47,851 nt of DNA, from IMG/VR virus record IMGVR_UViG_3300027586_000767, positions 1 to 47,851 of that record. One strand, 5' to 3'. The first letter of the stretch is position 1. Every line of letters begins with the position of its first letter. Position numbers and translations under genes: made by a program. Shown here piece by piece: positions 26,130 to 34,245 of the stretch. This DNA comes from a virus (lineage: Duplodnaviria; Caudoviricetes). Below the pieces are notes generated by a model. It saw nothing but the letters and a program-made list of their open reading frames with translations, was not told where the DNA came from and did not search any database.

Positions 26130-26437
26130 TTAACATACTTACAATATTCAACGTGTTTCATTGCATCTGTTTGGTTACTAAACATACTTAGTACTCTGTC
26201 TCTTATACCGAATCTTTTTTGAAAAGCTGTACCAAAACTTATACCTTTTAATTTTTCAAAAACATACTCTTTACAAAATGTAGTATACTCATTTTTACTG
26301 ATAGGTGTAAAATCATTATCTTTATACGCATCCCTAGATAACGTAGTCACCATATGTCCAAATACATTCATATTAATCCCAAAGACTACGAAAATACTTA
26401 CCAAACAAATCAAGACCTTCTTGAATGCGTTCTTCAT
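26126..26437 (-). CDS. Hypothetical protein
   Basis: ORF within operon; true start may be internal. Confidence 0.55.
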   Translation of the reverse strand: MKNAFKKVLICLVSIFVVFGINMNVFGHMVTTLSRDAYKDNDFTPISKNEYTTFCKEYVFEKLKGISFGTAFQKRFGIRDRVLSMFSNQTDAMKHVEYCKYVK

Positions 26438-26906
26438 GTTTCATATGACCGACATGGTCATACCAATGTTCGTCTGGATTCTTGTCAACCATTTGATATG
26501 TTGCTTCTAACTTACCAGTTACTGGATTTGGATATGTTCTATCAGTCTTAACCCAATCATATTCACCTTTGCCGTGATGATATTTGTCATCATAATCTTC
26601 ATATGCAAGTTGTCCGAAACTCCATATCATTTTGTCTAATACTTCATCCCAACCCAAAGCACCTGTCTTCCATGCATCATCATGTGTTTCTTTATAGAAA
26701 TCAAAACTACCCTGGTCACTATAATCTTCTCCACCGACTTCTACAAAATTGCCAGGTATCCCATGTTTTTTAGCCTTGAGTTGCAATAGCATTGGGTAGA
26801 TGATTTGTGCAAGTGTCCTATCCATGTTCCATGTATCCCATGGATCAAGTTGTATGTCAATTTTTTGATTGCCAAATTTTGGAAACTTACCGATTTTAAT
26901 CTTCAT
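26373..26906 (-). CDS. Conserved phage protein (DTWNMD.TLA.II.PML)
   Basis: WD.VLDKMIWSF; G..LFGKYFRSLWD. Confidence 0.75.
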   Translation of the reverse strand: MKIKIGKFPKFGNQKIDIQLDPWDTWNMDRTLAQIIYPMLLQLKAKKHGIPGNFVEVGGEDYSDQGSFDFYKETHDDAWKTGALGWDEVLDKMIWSFGQLAYEDYDDKYHHGKGEYDWVKTDRTYPNPVTGKLEATYQMVDKNPDEHWYDHVGHMKHEERIQEGLDLFGKYFRSLWD

Positions 26907-27247
26907 GTGTTTTTCACCACACCGTCAACAAACCCAAATACTTTGTTATTGTGGGACACTGCGGCGTACTTGATGTTTTTAAGTTCTTGTGATAATTTTG
27001 CCAGTTCTTCTATCGTTTTGGCTTGACAAATAAATGTCTTATCTTCATGGTTATACAGATATAGCATATCATTAAAACTTTCAATAAACAATTTATGAAG
27101 TTCGCACTCCTCATCTTCATCATATGAAGTGGTTCCTTCATTCTCTGCAAGTCTTATTAAGATTTTAGATAGTTTATGTATTGCAGCCATACCACCAGTA
27201 ACAAACCCTAGAATAAAGGTCGCTAATAAAATAATTATTTCCAACAT
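26903..27247 (-). CDS. Membrane-anchored hypothetical protein
   Basis: N-terminal TM helix; FICQAKTIEEL. Confidence 0.7.
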   Translation of the reverse strand: MLEIIILLATFILGFVTGGMAAIHKLSKILIRLAENEGTTSYDEDEECELHKLFIESFNDMLYLYNHEDKTFICQAKTIEELAKLSQELKNIKYAAVSHNNKVFGFVDGVVKNT

Positions 27248-27263
27248 AAAGTCTTTCTTTATA

Positions 27264-27545
27264 TTATTTATTAATTGTAAGATTGGACCATTGTTTCAAT
27301 TTTTCAAATTTTTTAAGTTTTGCTTGTTGAATGCCTTCTACAGTGACTCCGACGTTTAGGTCAGTGAGTAATTCAATCATAGCCATCAAGTCACCAATTT
27401 CTTCTTCTAGCATATTAATGTTAGTGCGTTCTTTACCGGGCTTGAGTTGATCCGGACCAAAACGAAAACATTTACTAATTGCTTGGGTAACCTCAGCACA
27501 TTCTTCTTGTAGAATAAGCATTACTTCTCGTAAATCATCATTCAT
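27264..27545 (-). CDS. MazG-like NTP pyrophosphohydrolase
   Basis: EECAEV..A.SK...LEEEIGDL. Confidence 0.8.
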   Translation of the reverse strand: MNDDLREVMLILQEECAEVTQAISKCFRFGPDQLKPGKERTNINMLEEEIGDLMAMIELLTDLNVGVTVEGIQQAKLKKFEKLKQWSNLTINK

Positions 27546-27547
27546 TT

Positions 27548-27763
27548 TTATTTGTCCCATGTATTCAATTCTGTAACAATATCTTCTAACTTCTCAGTAA
27601 CTTCCCATGTACCATGAGGTGGCGCAAACACCAATGTTACGTTTTCTAAAATACCGCTTTCTCTGGTAACAGTTGTATTATATACTGAAACAATTTCAGA
27701 TATTCTAACTGCTACTTTACTTCCCTTATGGGCTTCGCTTGCGTTTGTTAGTGTGATAAACAT
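27548..27763 (-). CDS. FlbD/SwrD-like small protein
   Basis: FITLT...V.V....I..V....V.E..EDIV pattern. Confidence 0.5.
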   Translation of the reverse strand: MFITLTNASEAHKGSKVAVRISEIVSVYNTTVTRESGILENVTLVFAPPHGTWEVTEKLEDIVTELNTWDK

Positions 27764-28288
27764 TTAATCTTTCTTTTTGCTCATTGCAATTTTTGGTTCA
27801 ATATACCGTGTATGGTATTCTTTATAATTTTCTAAATAATTTTCGTGTTGGATCCACTGTGTTCTTTTTCTATTTTTCTCAATCATAAATCCCCAATCAC
27901 GTGTTTGTGGACCCATAAAGAATAGTGTAGTTGCAGGACCTTTTTCTGCATCAAGTTCTAACCAATGAAATTCGTTTGAACCTCGAATAATAATACTTCC
28001 CGGACCACGCCATGTCTGAAATTCTGCAAACTTTCTACCCAAACTGTCAAACACAGGTGTATGTTCCCAATAACCACCTTTCAACACAATAGTCATATAA
28101 GGCCAAGGATGGTCATGAAAAATAGGATCATCGCTTTTTACAATTGTATGTAGTGTAATGTTAAATGGAAACCACTTGCGGTCTTTGAGAAATAAATAGT
28201 ATCGGTGCATATAACTTTCACCGGTACGTCTATCCGGGATTAGACGGTAACGACCTAATTTATTCATTATCCTGCGAAAAAAACTCAT
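27764..28288 (-). CDS. Cupin-fold protein
   Basis: HDHPW...IVLKGGY.E...H; AAGGAG before ATG 28288. Confidence 0.75.
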   Translation of the reverse strand: MSFFRRIMNKLGRYRLIPDRRTGESYMHRYYLFLKDRKWFPFNITLHTIVKSDDPIFHDHPWPYMTIVLKGGYWEHTPVFDSLGRKFAEFQTWRGPGSIIIRGSNEFHWLELDAEKGPATTLFFMGPQTRDWGFMIEKNRKRTQWIQHENYLENYKEYHTRYIEPKIAMSKKKD

Positions 28289-28309
28289 TGAAATAACACT
28301 CCTTCGTGT

Positions 28310-28338
28310 ATTATAACACAAAATTGATTTATTGCAAA
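28310..28338 (-). promoter_or_regulatory. sigma70 promoter, cassette-like spacer
   Basis: TTTGCA-ATAAATCAATTTTGTGT-TATAAT with TGn. Confidence 0.7.
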
Positions 28339-28340
28339 TA

Positions 28341-28364
28341 GAAAAAGGGCAGTAATGCCCTTTT
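28341..28364 (-). terminator. Rho-independent terminator
   Basis: AAAAGGGCA-TTAC-TGCCCTTTTT. Confidence 0.85.
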
Positions 28365-28381
28365 CTTACTGCCAAGTTTGA

Positions 28382-28636
28382 TTAAACTTGTTCAGCCAAT
28401 GCACGATAGCCAGCGGCTACTACTGCACGGGTTGGTGTACCCAAACGATACTTGGTAAAAGTTTGACCAAGTTTGTTTGTACGCTTGTTAGCGTAAATTG
28501 CAAAACCGCTGAAACGCAATGCGCTTACGGATGCAGTTGGATTAGCAATCCCAAAACGATGGGTAATTTGCTTTGCGGTGAGTTCTTCACCTTTACGTAG
28601 GGCTTCAATAAGAGCCTGTGATTTAGTCATATTCAT
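28382..28636 (-). CDS. Winged-HTH DNA-binding protein
   Basis: LTAKQI..RFGIANP.A.VS.LR..G..IY. Confidence 0.75.
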   Translation of the reverse strand: MNMTKSQALIEALRKGEELTAKQITHRFGIANPTASVSALRFSGFAIYANKRTNKLGQTFTKYRLGTPTRAVVAAGYRALAEQV

Positions 28637-28727
28637 TTTAGTTTCCTTCTAGATTGTTTCGTTGCGACTAACAACGTATACGAATTATAGTACAAAACAA
28701 AAGTAATTACAATATAATATGGTCAGA

Positions 28728-29468
28728 TCAGTCATTAATCTTTCCCTTTTTATCAGGTATAGTGCTAATAGATCCTTCTACCCCTAGTTCAGTAACAGAA
28801 ACTGTAAGGTCGGAAGGAAGGAATCTATATAAAAGGTGTTCAATATCTAATTTAGTTTTTCCTGATTTGCCAATGTTTCTTAAGAACATAAGACTATTAT
28901 GATATGACTGTTGAACTTGCCTAGTGATTACTGTTGGCCATGACCATAACCTTGTCATATAACAATAGGGAATGTTATCAACCAACTCTGGTTTGAATTG
29001 ACTATAGTATCTTTTGCTGATAACAATTTTACCACTAAACTCTGGATCTTCGTAACCGGTAGCATCAAATTCATCATTCAATATATATCTACCGGACATT
29101 TTGTGTATCCTATCTATCCCCGAGAAATAGTTCTTCTCTAAACACAACTTAAATACTCCCAAAAAGCAATAAAGTTCAGTATACGACTTTACAATATCCC
29201 AATTACCTAATTCAATATTTCTTTCATACATCTCTTTAACATGCGGATCACTGTCATACGTTACTAACATGTCACAATTAATATCTAAAATATTTCTTTG
29301 TTCAGGTGTAAGTGTAAAGGCAGAACACTCAACAATGATAATAACAACATCAGGTACTTTTGCTTTAATACTTTTAATTGTATCCAGTGTTTGTTCCAAA
29401 CGTTCTTCATTAGAAAATTCACCTATCGTAGTGTTAATGGCACTTGATACCATAAAACAATGTTTCAT
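28728..29468 (-). CDS. Glycosyltransferase-like protein, paralog A
   Basis: V.SAI, ER..QT..T..SI, K.SGRY, RLWSW, DIEH. Confidence 0.6.
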   Translation of the reverse strand: MKHCFMVSSAINTTIGEFSNEERLEQTLDTIKSIKAKVPDVVIIIVECSAFTLTPEQRNILDINCDMLVTYDSDPHVKEMYERNIELGNWDIVKSYTELYCFLGVFKLCLEKNYFSGIDRIHKMSGRYILNDEFDATGYEDPEFSGKIVISKRYYSQFKPELVDNIPYCYMTRLWSWPTVITRQVQQSYHNSLMFLRNIGKSGKTKLDIEHLLYRFLPSDLTVSVTELGVEGSISTIPDKKGKIND

Positions 29469-29479
29469 AATTTAATCCT

Positions 29480-30190
29480 TTAATCCTTTACTGTTAATCC
29501 GCTGTTACCTAACTTACCACTAACACCAATTGGGGTGACCTCTTGTAACAAGTTGTCAGGTAGTAAAAGGTATAAAAGGTGTTCAATGTCTGCATACCTT
29601 TTATCTCCGATTCTGTCTGTGAATTCTTTAATTGCAGTTTCATAGAAAACCATAATTTTCTCGTTATACTTTATAGGCCAAGACCATAATCTTGACATAT
29701 GTTGATACGGTATACCGACATAATCTTCACTAAATTGTGACTGATACTTCTTAGATATAAGAATTTTATCAGGTGCTTGCTCATGTAATGATAAGCTAAA
29801 GTCTTTATTCAACAAGTATCTTCCGGACATTTTGTATACACGATTGACACTGGTCAATAAATCGGCATCACGTAGCATTTGTAAGCCACGATAAAAACAC
29901 AGCATCTCGGTTAAATTTTTAACAATGTCCGGGCTCTCGTTATTATTATGAATATATTGAACATTGACATCAGTGCTAAAATTGATAAGATAATGTATCT
30001 CATCTTCCAATTCTTTAACAATATATTCATCCAGTGGAATTCCAGATGCCTCAATCACTACAATCATGGCATCCGGAACTCTAGCTAGAATACTTCTAAC
30101 CGTCATCAAGGTTTGTGACAACCTTTCTTTTTCTGAGTTTACTTTAAATTTAGTTTTAACTGCACTAGTTACCACAAATAAATGCTTCAT
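29480..30190 (-). CDS. Glycosyltransferase-like protein, paralog B
   Basis: Same motifs as paralog A. Confidence 0.6.
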   Translation of the reverse strand: MKHLFVVTSAVKTKFKVNSEKERLSQTLMTVRSILARVPDAMIVVIEASGIPLDEYIVKELEDEIHYLINFSTDVNVQYIHNNNESPDIVKNLTEMLCFYRGLQMLRDADLLTSVNRVYKMSGRYLLNKDFSLSLHEQAPDKILISKKYQSQFSEDYVGIPYQHMSRLWSWPIKYNEKIMVFYETAIKEFTDRIGDKRYADIEHLLYLLLPDNLLQEVTPIGVSGKLGNSGLTVKD

Positions 30191-31029
30191 ACTTCCACAT
30201 ATTTTAACTGGAAGATATCAGCATGTTCATCATGACCGGCGTAACCCCTTGGGTTACACACGATACGTGTATCACCGATCATATAGTCAAACGGCATATG
30301 TGTGTGTCCATGAGTCCACAACTTGACTTGAGGGTGATCCAAAATGAATTCACTCAAATCACTATGATAGCCGCCATTCATCAAGAAATCATTTTTATAC
30401 ATTTCATGTATGCTTTGATGACTTGGTGAATGATGCCCAACAACAACCACTTTATCTTCCTTCATATTACTTAGTACAATCCTGAAGTACTGCAAAGTTT
30501 TCTTGTGGCGCATAGCAATATGAGCAGGACGCAATTTAGTGTATCCAAGTTCATCATTACGAATTATCCGAAAGTCATTCATCATATCGGTCAAGGCATG
30601 CATAGTCAATGGATCACCCTTATTGCAGTCTGTCCACAATGTGGCACCAACAAAGGACACTTCATTGATAACCTTAATATTGTTTTCCAAAAAGTAAACA
30701 TTGGGAAACTTTTGGCATTCCTCACGCAGGTGGTCCAAACTAGCCTTCCAGCGACCATGATAGAATTCGTGGTTACCAGCAATGTAAATTACATGCGGGA
30801 ATTGAAAGCTACAACGGCTAAGAAAGTCACGGAATCGTAGTGCAGCCTCTTGTCTGCGCCCTAAGTTAGGGATGTTGACTGGATCATTTGGATGTGTGGG
30901 CGGATGATTATGCAAATCTTCTGCAATCATAATATCGCCGCCGAGGATCAGGACCTCTGCATCCTCTTCGTTCTTAAGAATGATGTCCTGAAACTCTAAA
31001 TGTAAATCACTACACACTGCTATTTTCAT
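30187..31029 (-). CDS. Calcineurin-like metallophosphoesterase
   Basis: SDLH, GGDI, GNHE, GATLWT, HH.P, HGHTH, NPRGY. Confidence 0.9.
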   Translation of the reverse strand: MKIAVCSDLHLEFQDIILKNEEDAEVLILGGDIMIAEDLHNHPPTHPNDPVNIPNLGRRQEAALRFRDFLSRCSFQFPHVIYIAGNHEFYHGRWKASLDHLREECQKFPNVYFLENNIKVINEVSFVGATLWTDCNKGDPLTMHALTDMMNDFRIIRNDELGYTKLRPAHIAMRHKKTLQYFRIVLSNMKEDKVVVVGHHSPSHQSIHEMYKNDFLMNGGYHSDLSEFILDHPQVKLWTHGHTHMPFDYMIGDTRIVCNPRGYAGHDEHADIFQLKYVEV

Positions 31030-31035
31030 TTTATT

Positions 31036-31290
31036 CTATCCATGTCTCAATACAAAAAATACCTTGTCTGTATCAATTTTTACTTTATTTAAATTACCTG
31101 TTTTATCTAGAATGTATTCTATATTATAATTATATCTTTTCTTAGCCCATTCTTGCAGGATTAGTCTGTTATCTCTTTTACCACTATTCCAATCTTTTGA
31201 ATTATTTTTAACCATTTCTTCTAGTAGATTAAAAAAGGCAAGTCCGACATTAGATGACGTTGGGTCTCCTGACATTTTTACAAAAAACAT
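31036..31290 (-). CDS. Hypothetical protein
   Basis: ORF within operon. Confidence 0.55.
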   Translation of the reverse strand: MFFVKMSGDPTSSNVGLAFFNLLEEMVKNNSKDWNSGKRDNRLILQEWAKKRYNYNIEYILDKTGNLNKVKIDTDKVFFVLRHG

Positions 31291-31293
31291 TGC

Positions 31294-31431
31294 TTATCCA
31301 AATAATTTATGCGCTAGAAACATCCCCAAATAAATGAATGTTACTATAAAGGGGATTCCAGTCACAACTAGTGCCCCGATGACCATTGGGAATGTTACCC
31401 AATCATATTTATTAAGTTTAAACTTGTTCAT
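31294..31431 (-). CDS. 45-aa membrane peptide (not in ORF track)
   Basis: MNKFKLNKYDWVTFPMVIGALVV... Confidence 0.5.
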   Translation of the reverse strand: MNKFKLNKYDWVTFPMVIGALVVTGIPFIVTFIYLGMFLAHKLFG

Positions 31432-31558
31432 TTTCTTTTTCCATTTCACTGATTAATAGATTAGCAAATTGCTGGCAAAAAATATTAAACCACAATTCAT
31501 CAAGCACTTCTTTGGGTGCTCCTGCCTTCAAAACCAATTGTTTTAATTCTTCATTCAT
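31418..31558 (-). CDS. 46-aa hypothetical protein (not in ORF track)
   Basis: MNEELKQLVLKAGAP...; AAGGAG RBS, ATGA coupling. Confidence 0.6.
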   Translation of the reverse strand: MNEELKQLVLKAGAPKEVLDELWFNIFCQQFANLLISEMEKENEQV

Positions 31559-31884
31559 ACCAACTCCTTAATGTGTTTGCAACTACCACGAAATGTGTAT
31601 CCGGGACATGTACATGTTTTGTCTGCGGTGTCAATACTATATATATTACCCTTGCTACCGGACACTTTGATGACTGTAGATTTTTCTTTTATCTTTTTGA
31701 AAGGATTAACTTTCAATGACTGAAATTTACGACCACGCTTATCGATAGTAATCGGTTTATTAAAGTAGAATGGAGTAGTAGAACCAACCTTGATGTATGC
31801 AAGCATTTTGGTACCGTCAAGTAGATAGGTATGATTAGCAAGGTTGCTATCATTCCATACTGTTGTTTCTACTACTGCTTCCAT
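31555..31884 (-). CDS. SWIM zinc-finger protein
   Basis: GSKG..Y....CTCPGYTFRGSCKH. Confidence 0.8.
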   Translation of the reverse strand: MEAVVETTVWNDSNLANHTYLLDGTKMLAYIKVGSTTPFYFNKPITIDKRGRKFQSLKVNPFKKIKEKSTVIKVSGSKGNIYSIDTADKTCTCPGYTFRGSCKHIKELV

Positions 31885-32342
31885 TAAACTTCCTCAGTTA
31901 CTTTAGCCAATTCTTCTGACAACAAACGCAATTCAGTATTGTTTTGGTCAAACATATACCAAACACCGTCTTTCATAATGTAGCAAAACTCACACCAAGA
32001 CTCGTTGAAATGTTCAAGCAAAGATTCTTTGCTGGTGTGTGTGACAAACTCTTGACCTTTTTCATCACGGTCACGACCATAGAATGTAGTCATGTTGCCA
32101 TACTTATTTTCCCATGCACTTGGAGACATACCGGGAACGTCAAACGCACTGAAGGGGTGTTTTCTACCAATGTTAGCTTTGAGACTAGAGATACTACCCA
32201 TTGCAACAAGGTTGTTTGCCTTAGGTGAATCATAGTGTTTTTGCAAAATACGACCATTGTGCGACAGATAGCCATCCCAATGACAATAAACTGTTTTGTA
32301 ATTGTCACCATGAACAACTGCGATAAGTGAACGTGTACCCAT
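31884..32342 (-). CDS. Conserved phage early protein (MGTRS...YCHWDGY)
   Basis: AGGAG RBS before ATG 32342. Confidence 0.8.
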   Translation of the reverse strand: MGTRSLIAVVHGDNYKTVYCHWDGYLSHNGRILQKHYDSPKANNLVAMGSISSLKANIGRKHPFSAFDVPGMSPSAWENKYGNMTTFYGRDRDEKGQEFVTHTSKESLLEHFNESWCEFCYIMKDGVWYMFDQNNTELRLLSEELAKVTEEV

Positions 32343-32376
32343 TTGCAAACTCCTGTTGTTAACTGAATAAGACTAT

Positions 32377-32405
32377 ATTATATACCCAAAGTGATTTATT
32401 GTCAA
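32377..32405 (-). promoter_or_regulatory. sigma70 early promoter, cassette family
   Basis: TTGACA-ATAAATCACTTTGGGTA-TATAAT. Confidence 0.9.
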
Positions 32406-32410
32406 CCTTT

Positions 32411-32584
32411 TTAGTATGTCTCTTTGATAATTGAAAATTCGTCAGCTGGGTATTTTGCTAGAAATTCCTCTGATTTCACATATTCATTGTATGCCTTAGC
32501 ATCAAAAAACATCCTATGAAACACAGTTTTAAACTGCCCTTTTACGGTTACTGTTAAGTACACCGATTTTGCTTTACCAGCCAT
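32411..32584 (-). CDS. 57-aa hypothetical protein (not in ORF track)
   Basis: MAGKAKSVYLTVTVKG...KETY; AAGGAG RBS. Confidence 0.7.
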   Translation of the reverse strand: MAGKAKSVYLTVTVKGQFKTVFHRMFFDAKAYNEYVKSEEFLAKYPADEFSIIKETY

Positions 32585-32595
32585 TATTTTTCTCC

Positions 32596-32868
32596 TTAAA
32601 CCAGATCAACTTGCACTTGTTTTCCACGTATTGTAGTACCGATGCCTGAAGGAATGGGCTTTCTAGTAGCCTCTGCCATACGGCGCTCATACGACAATTT
32701 TATCAATGCTTCCCAACACAGTACTCGGGCGTTAACGGTAGCAAACATTTCAGTCATTTGCTTGATGGTCATATACATACCGATATCGTTTTCAGAGCCA
32801 TCGCCTTTGAAAATCACACGGAATTTTTGTGAGTTTTTCAGACCTTCGATAACTGTTTTTGTACGCAT
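32596..32868 (-). CDS. Hypothetical early protein
   Basis: AAGGAG RBS. Confidence 0.75.
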   Translation of the reverse strand: MRTKTVIEGLKNSQKFRVIFKGDGSENDIGMYMTIKQMTEMFATVNARVLCWEALIKLSYERRMAEATRKPIPSGIGTTIRGKQVQVDLV

Positions 32869-32899
32869 TTTTTAGCTCCTTTAATCAATCAATACAAGT

Positions 32900-32928
32900 A
32901 TTATATACCCAAAACGATTTATTGTCAA
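32900..32928 (-). promoter_or_regulatory. sigma70 early promoter, cassette family
   Basis: TTGACA-ATAAATCGTTTTGGGTA-TATAAT. Confidence 0.9.
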
Positions 32929-33257
32929 GCCATTTTGTATGATTTTATGAATTCAGGACCAACATCTAGACTAACAAAAGTATCACCTTGCATACCTTGC
33001 TCAGAATAAGAAACATCAGTACCTAATTCTAGTCTAGAAAGTAATACTTTTACATTACTTAAAAATTCTTTATCCGTATAGATTAGGCCGTAAACATTCA
33101 CATTCCAAGTATCAGGGCTAAAGTGTACCCTTAGTTCACCAAACTCCCAATCATCAGATGTATACGAAAGTTCTAATCCGGTAACTAGTACTGTTTTAGC
33201 CAGGTTAGACCAATAACCAGAACCATCTGTACTCAAATTTGTATTAACTTTAATCAT
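32925..33257 (-). CDS. Conserved phage early protein (GLIYTD..F...YSEQGMQG)
   Basis: AAGGGA RBS before ATG 33257. Confidence 0.75.
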   Translation of the reverse strand: MIKVNTNLSTDGSGYWSNLAKTVLVTGLELSYTSDDWEFGELRVHFSPDTWNVNVYGLIYTDKEFLSNVKVLLSRLELGTDVSYSEQGMQGDTFVSLDVGPEFIKSYKMA

Positions 33258-33289
33258 TTCAATCCCTTTAATCAACTGAATAAGACTAT

Positions 33290-33318
33290 ATTATATACCC
33301 AAAGTGATTTATTGTCAA
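33290..33318 (-). promoter_or_regulatory. sigma70 early promoter, cassette family
   Basis: TTGACA-ATAAATCACTTTGGGTA-TATAAT. Confidence 0.9.
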
Positions 33319-33341
33319 CCTTTGGATATGAGATAAAAGTA

Positions 33342-33542
33342 CTACTTTTTGAGTACATCAAAAATTGAATTTTGTAGAAGGGAGACCTCGTCACGGTCAA
33401 CGTAAAAATCGGTACGAGGATCATAGTACTCACCTGCTTTAGGATCGTAGTACAGAACCTGACCATTGGGGTAGTGAAACGGACCCTCGAGACCTTTACG
33501 AGGACCGTATTCTTTGTTATGCTTGAAAACAATGTAAGACAT
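33342..33542 (-). CDS. Conserved phage early protein (GLEGPF...YYDPK.GEYYD)
   Basis: AAGGAG RBS. Confidence 0.75.
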   Translation of the reverse strand: MSYIVFKHNKEYGPRKGLEGPFHYPNGQVLYYDPKAGEYYDPRTDFYVDRDEVSLLQNSIFDVLKK

Positions 33543-33571
33543 GAAAGCTCCTTTTCACTACAGAAGCCTCT

Positions 33572-33600
33572 ATTGTATACCCAAACCAATTTATTGTCAA
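33572..33600 (-). promoter_or_regulatory. sigma70 early promoter, cassette family
   Basis: TTGACA-ATAAATTGGTTTGGGTA-TACAAT. Confidence 0.85.
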
Positions 33601-34184
33601 CCGCGTTTTGTAACTATTTCGTCTACTAATCCATAGTCAAGTGCTTGTTGGGCGCTCATGTAATTATCACGTTCCATATCAAGTTGAAGTCGGTCAAAAT
33701 TCATACCCTTACTATTATGATTAACATAAATTTGAGTAAGATTCTTTTTCATTTCAAGCATTTCGGTTACTTGAATAAGCATATCAGTTGCTTGACCACG
33801 TGCGCCACCTGAAGGTTGATGAATCATATGGCGTGCATTCGGTAGAATAAAACGCTTACCTTTCGCACCTGCTTGTGCGAGTAAACTGCCCATGCTACAT
33901 GCCTGACCCATTACGATAGTATGAATATCGGGCTTAACAAATTGCATAGCATCATAGATTGCCATACCTGCTGTTACACTGCCTCCGGGACTATTGATAT
34001 ACATTGAAATATCTTTGTCAGCCTCTGACTCTAAGAATAACAATTGGGCAACGATAAGATTTGCCATTTGGTCGTGAACCTCACCCTCAAGTAAAATTAC
34101 ACGGTCACGCAATAAGCGACTGTAGATATCATAACTACGCTCACCTTTTGCTGTTTGTTCAACTACGATTGGTACTAAACTCAT
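33597..34184 (-). CDS. clpP: ATP-dependent Clp protease proteolytic subunit
   Basis: [18 protein letters not shown], catalytic S (ACSMG), H (MIHQP), D (ERD). Confidence 0.97.
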   Translation of the reverse strand: MSLVPIVVEQTAKGERSYDIYSRLLRDRVILLEGEVHDQMANLIVAQLLFLESEADKDISMYINSPGGSVTAGMAIYDAMQFVKPDIHTIVMGQACSMGSLLAQAGAKGKRFILPNARHMIHQPSGGARGQATDMLIQVTEMLEMKKNLTQIYVNHNSKGMNFDRLQLDMERDNYMSAQQALDYGLVDEIVTKRG

Positions 34185-34208
34185 AAAATTTCCTATAGAA
34201 TATGAGTT

Positions 34209-34237
34209 AGTATAACAGATTATTTGCTGTTATGCAA
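34209..34237 (-). promoter_or_regulatory. sigma70-like promoter of clpP
   Basis: TTGCAT-17-TATACT with TGn. Confidence 0.6.
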
Positions 34238-34245
34238 ATTTTTGT

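Larger units (their letters stand above)
32361..33323 (-). repeat. 50-bp identical direct repeat (32361-32410 and 33274-33323); near-identical inverted copies at about 8007-8054 and 8967-9010
   Basis: AAAGGTTGACAATAAATCACTTTGGGTATATAATATAGTCTTATTCAGTT. Confidence 0.9.
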
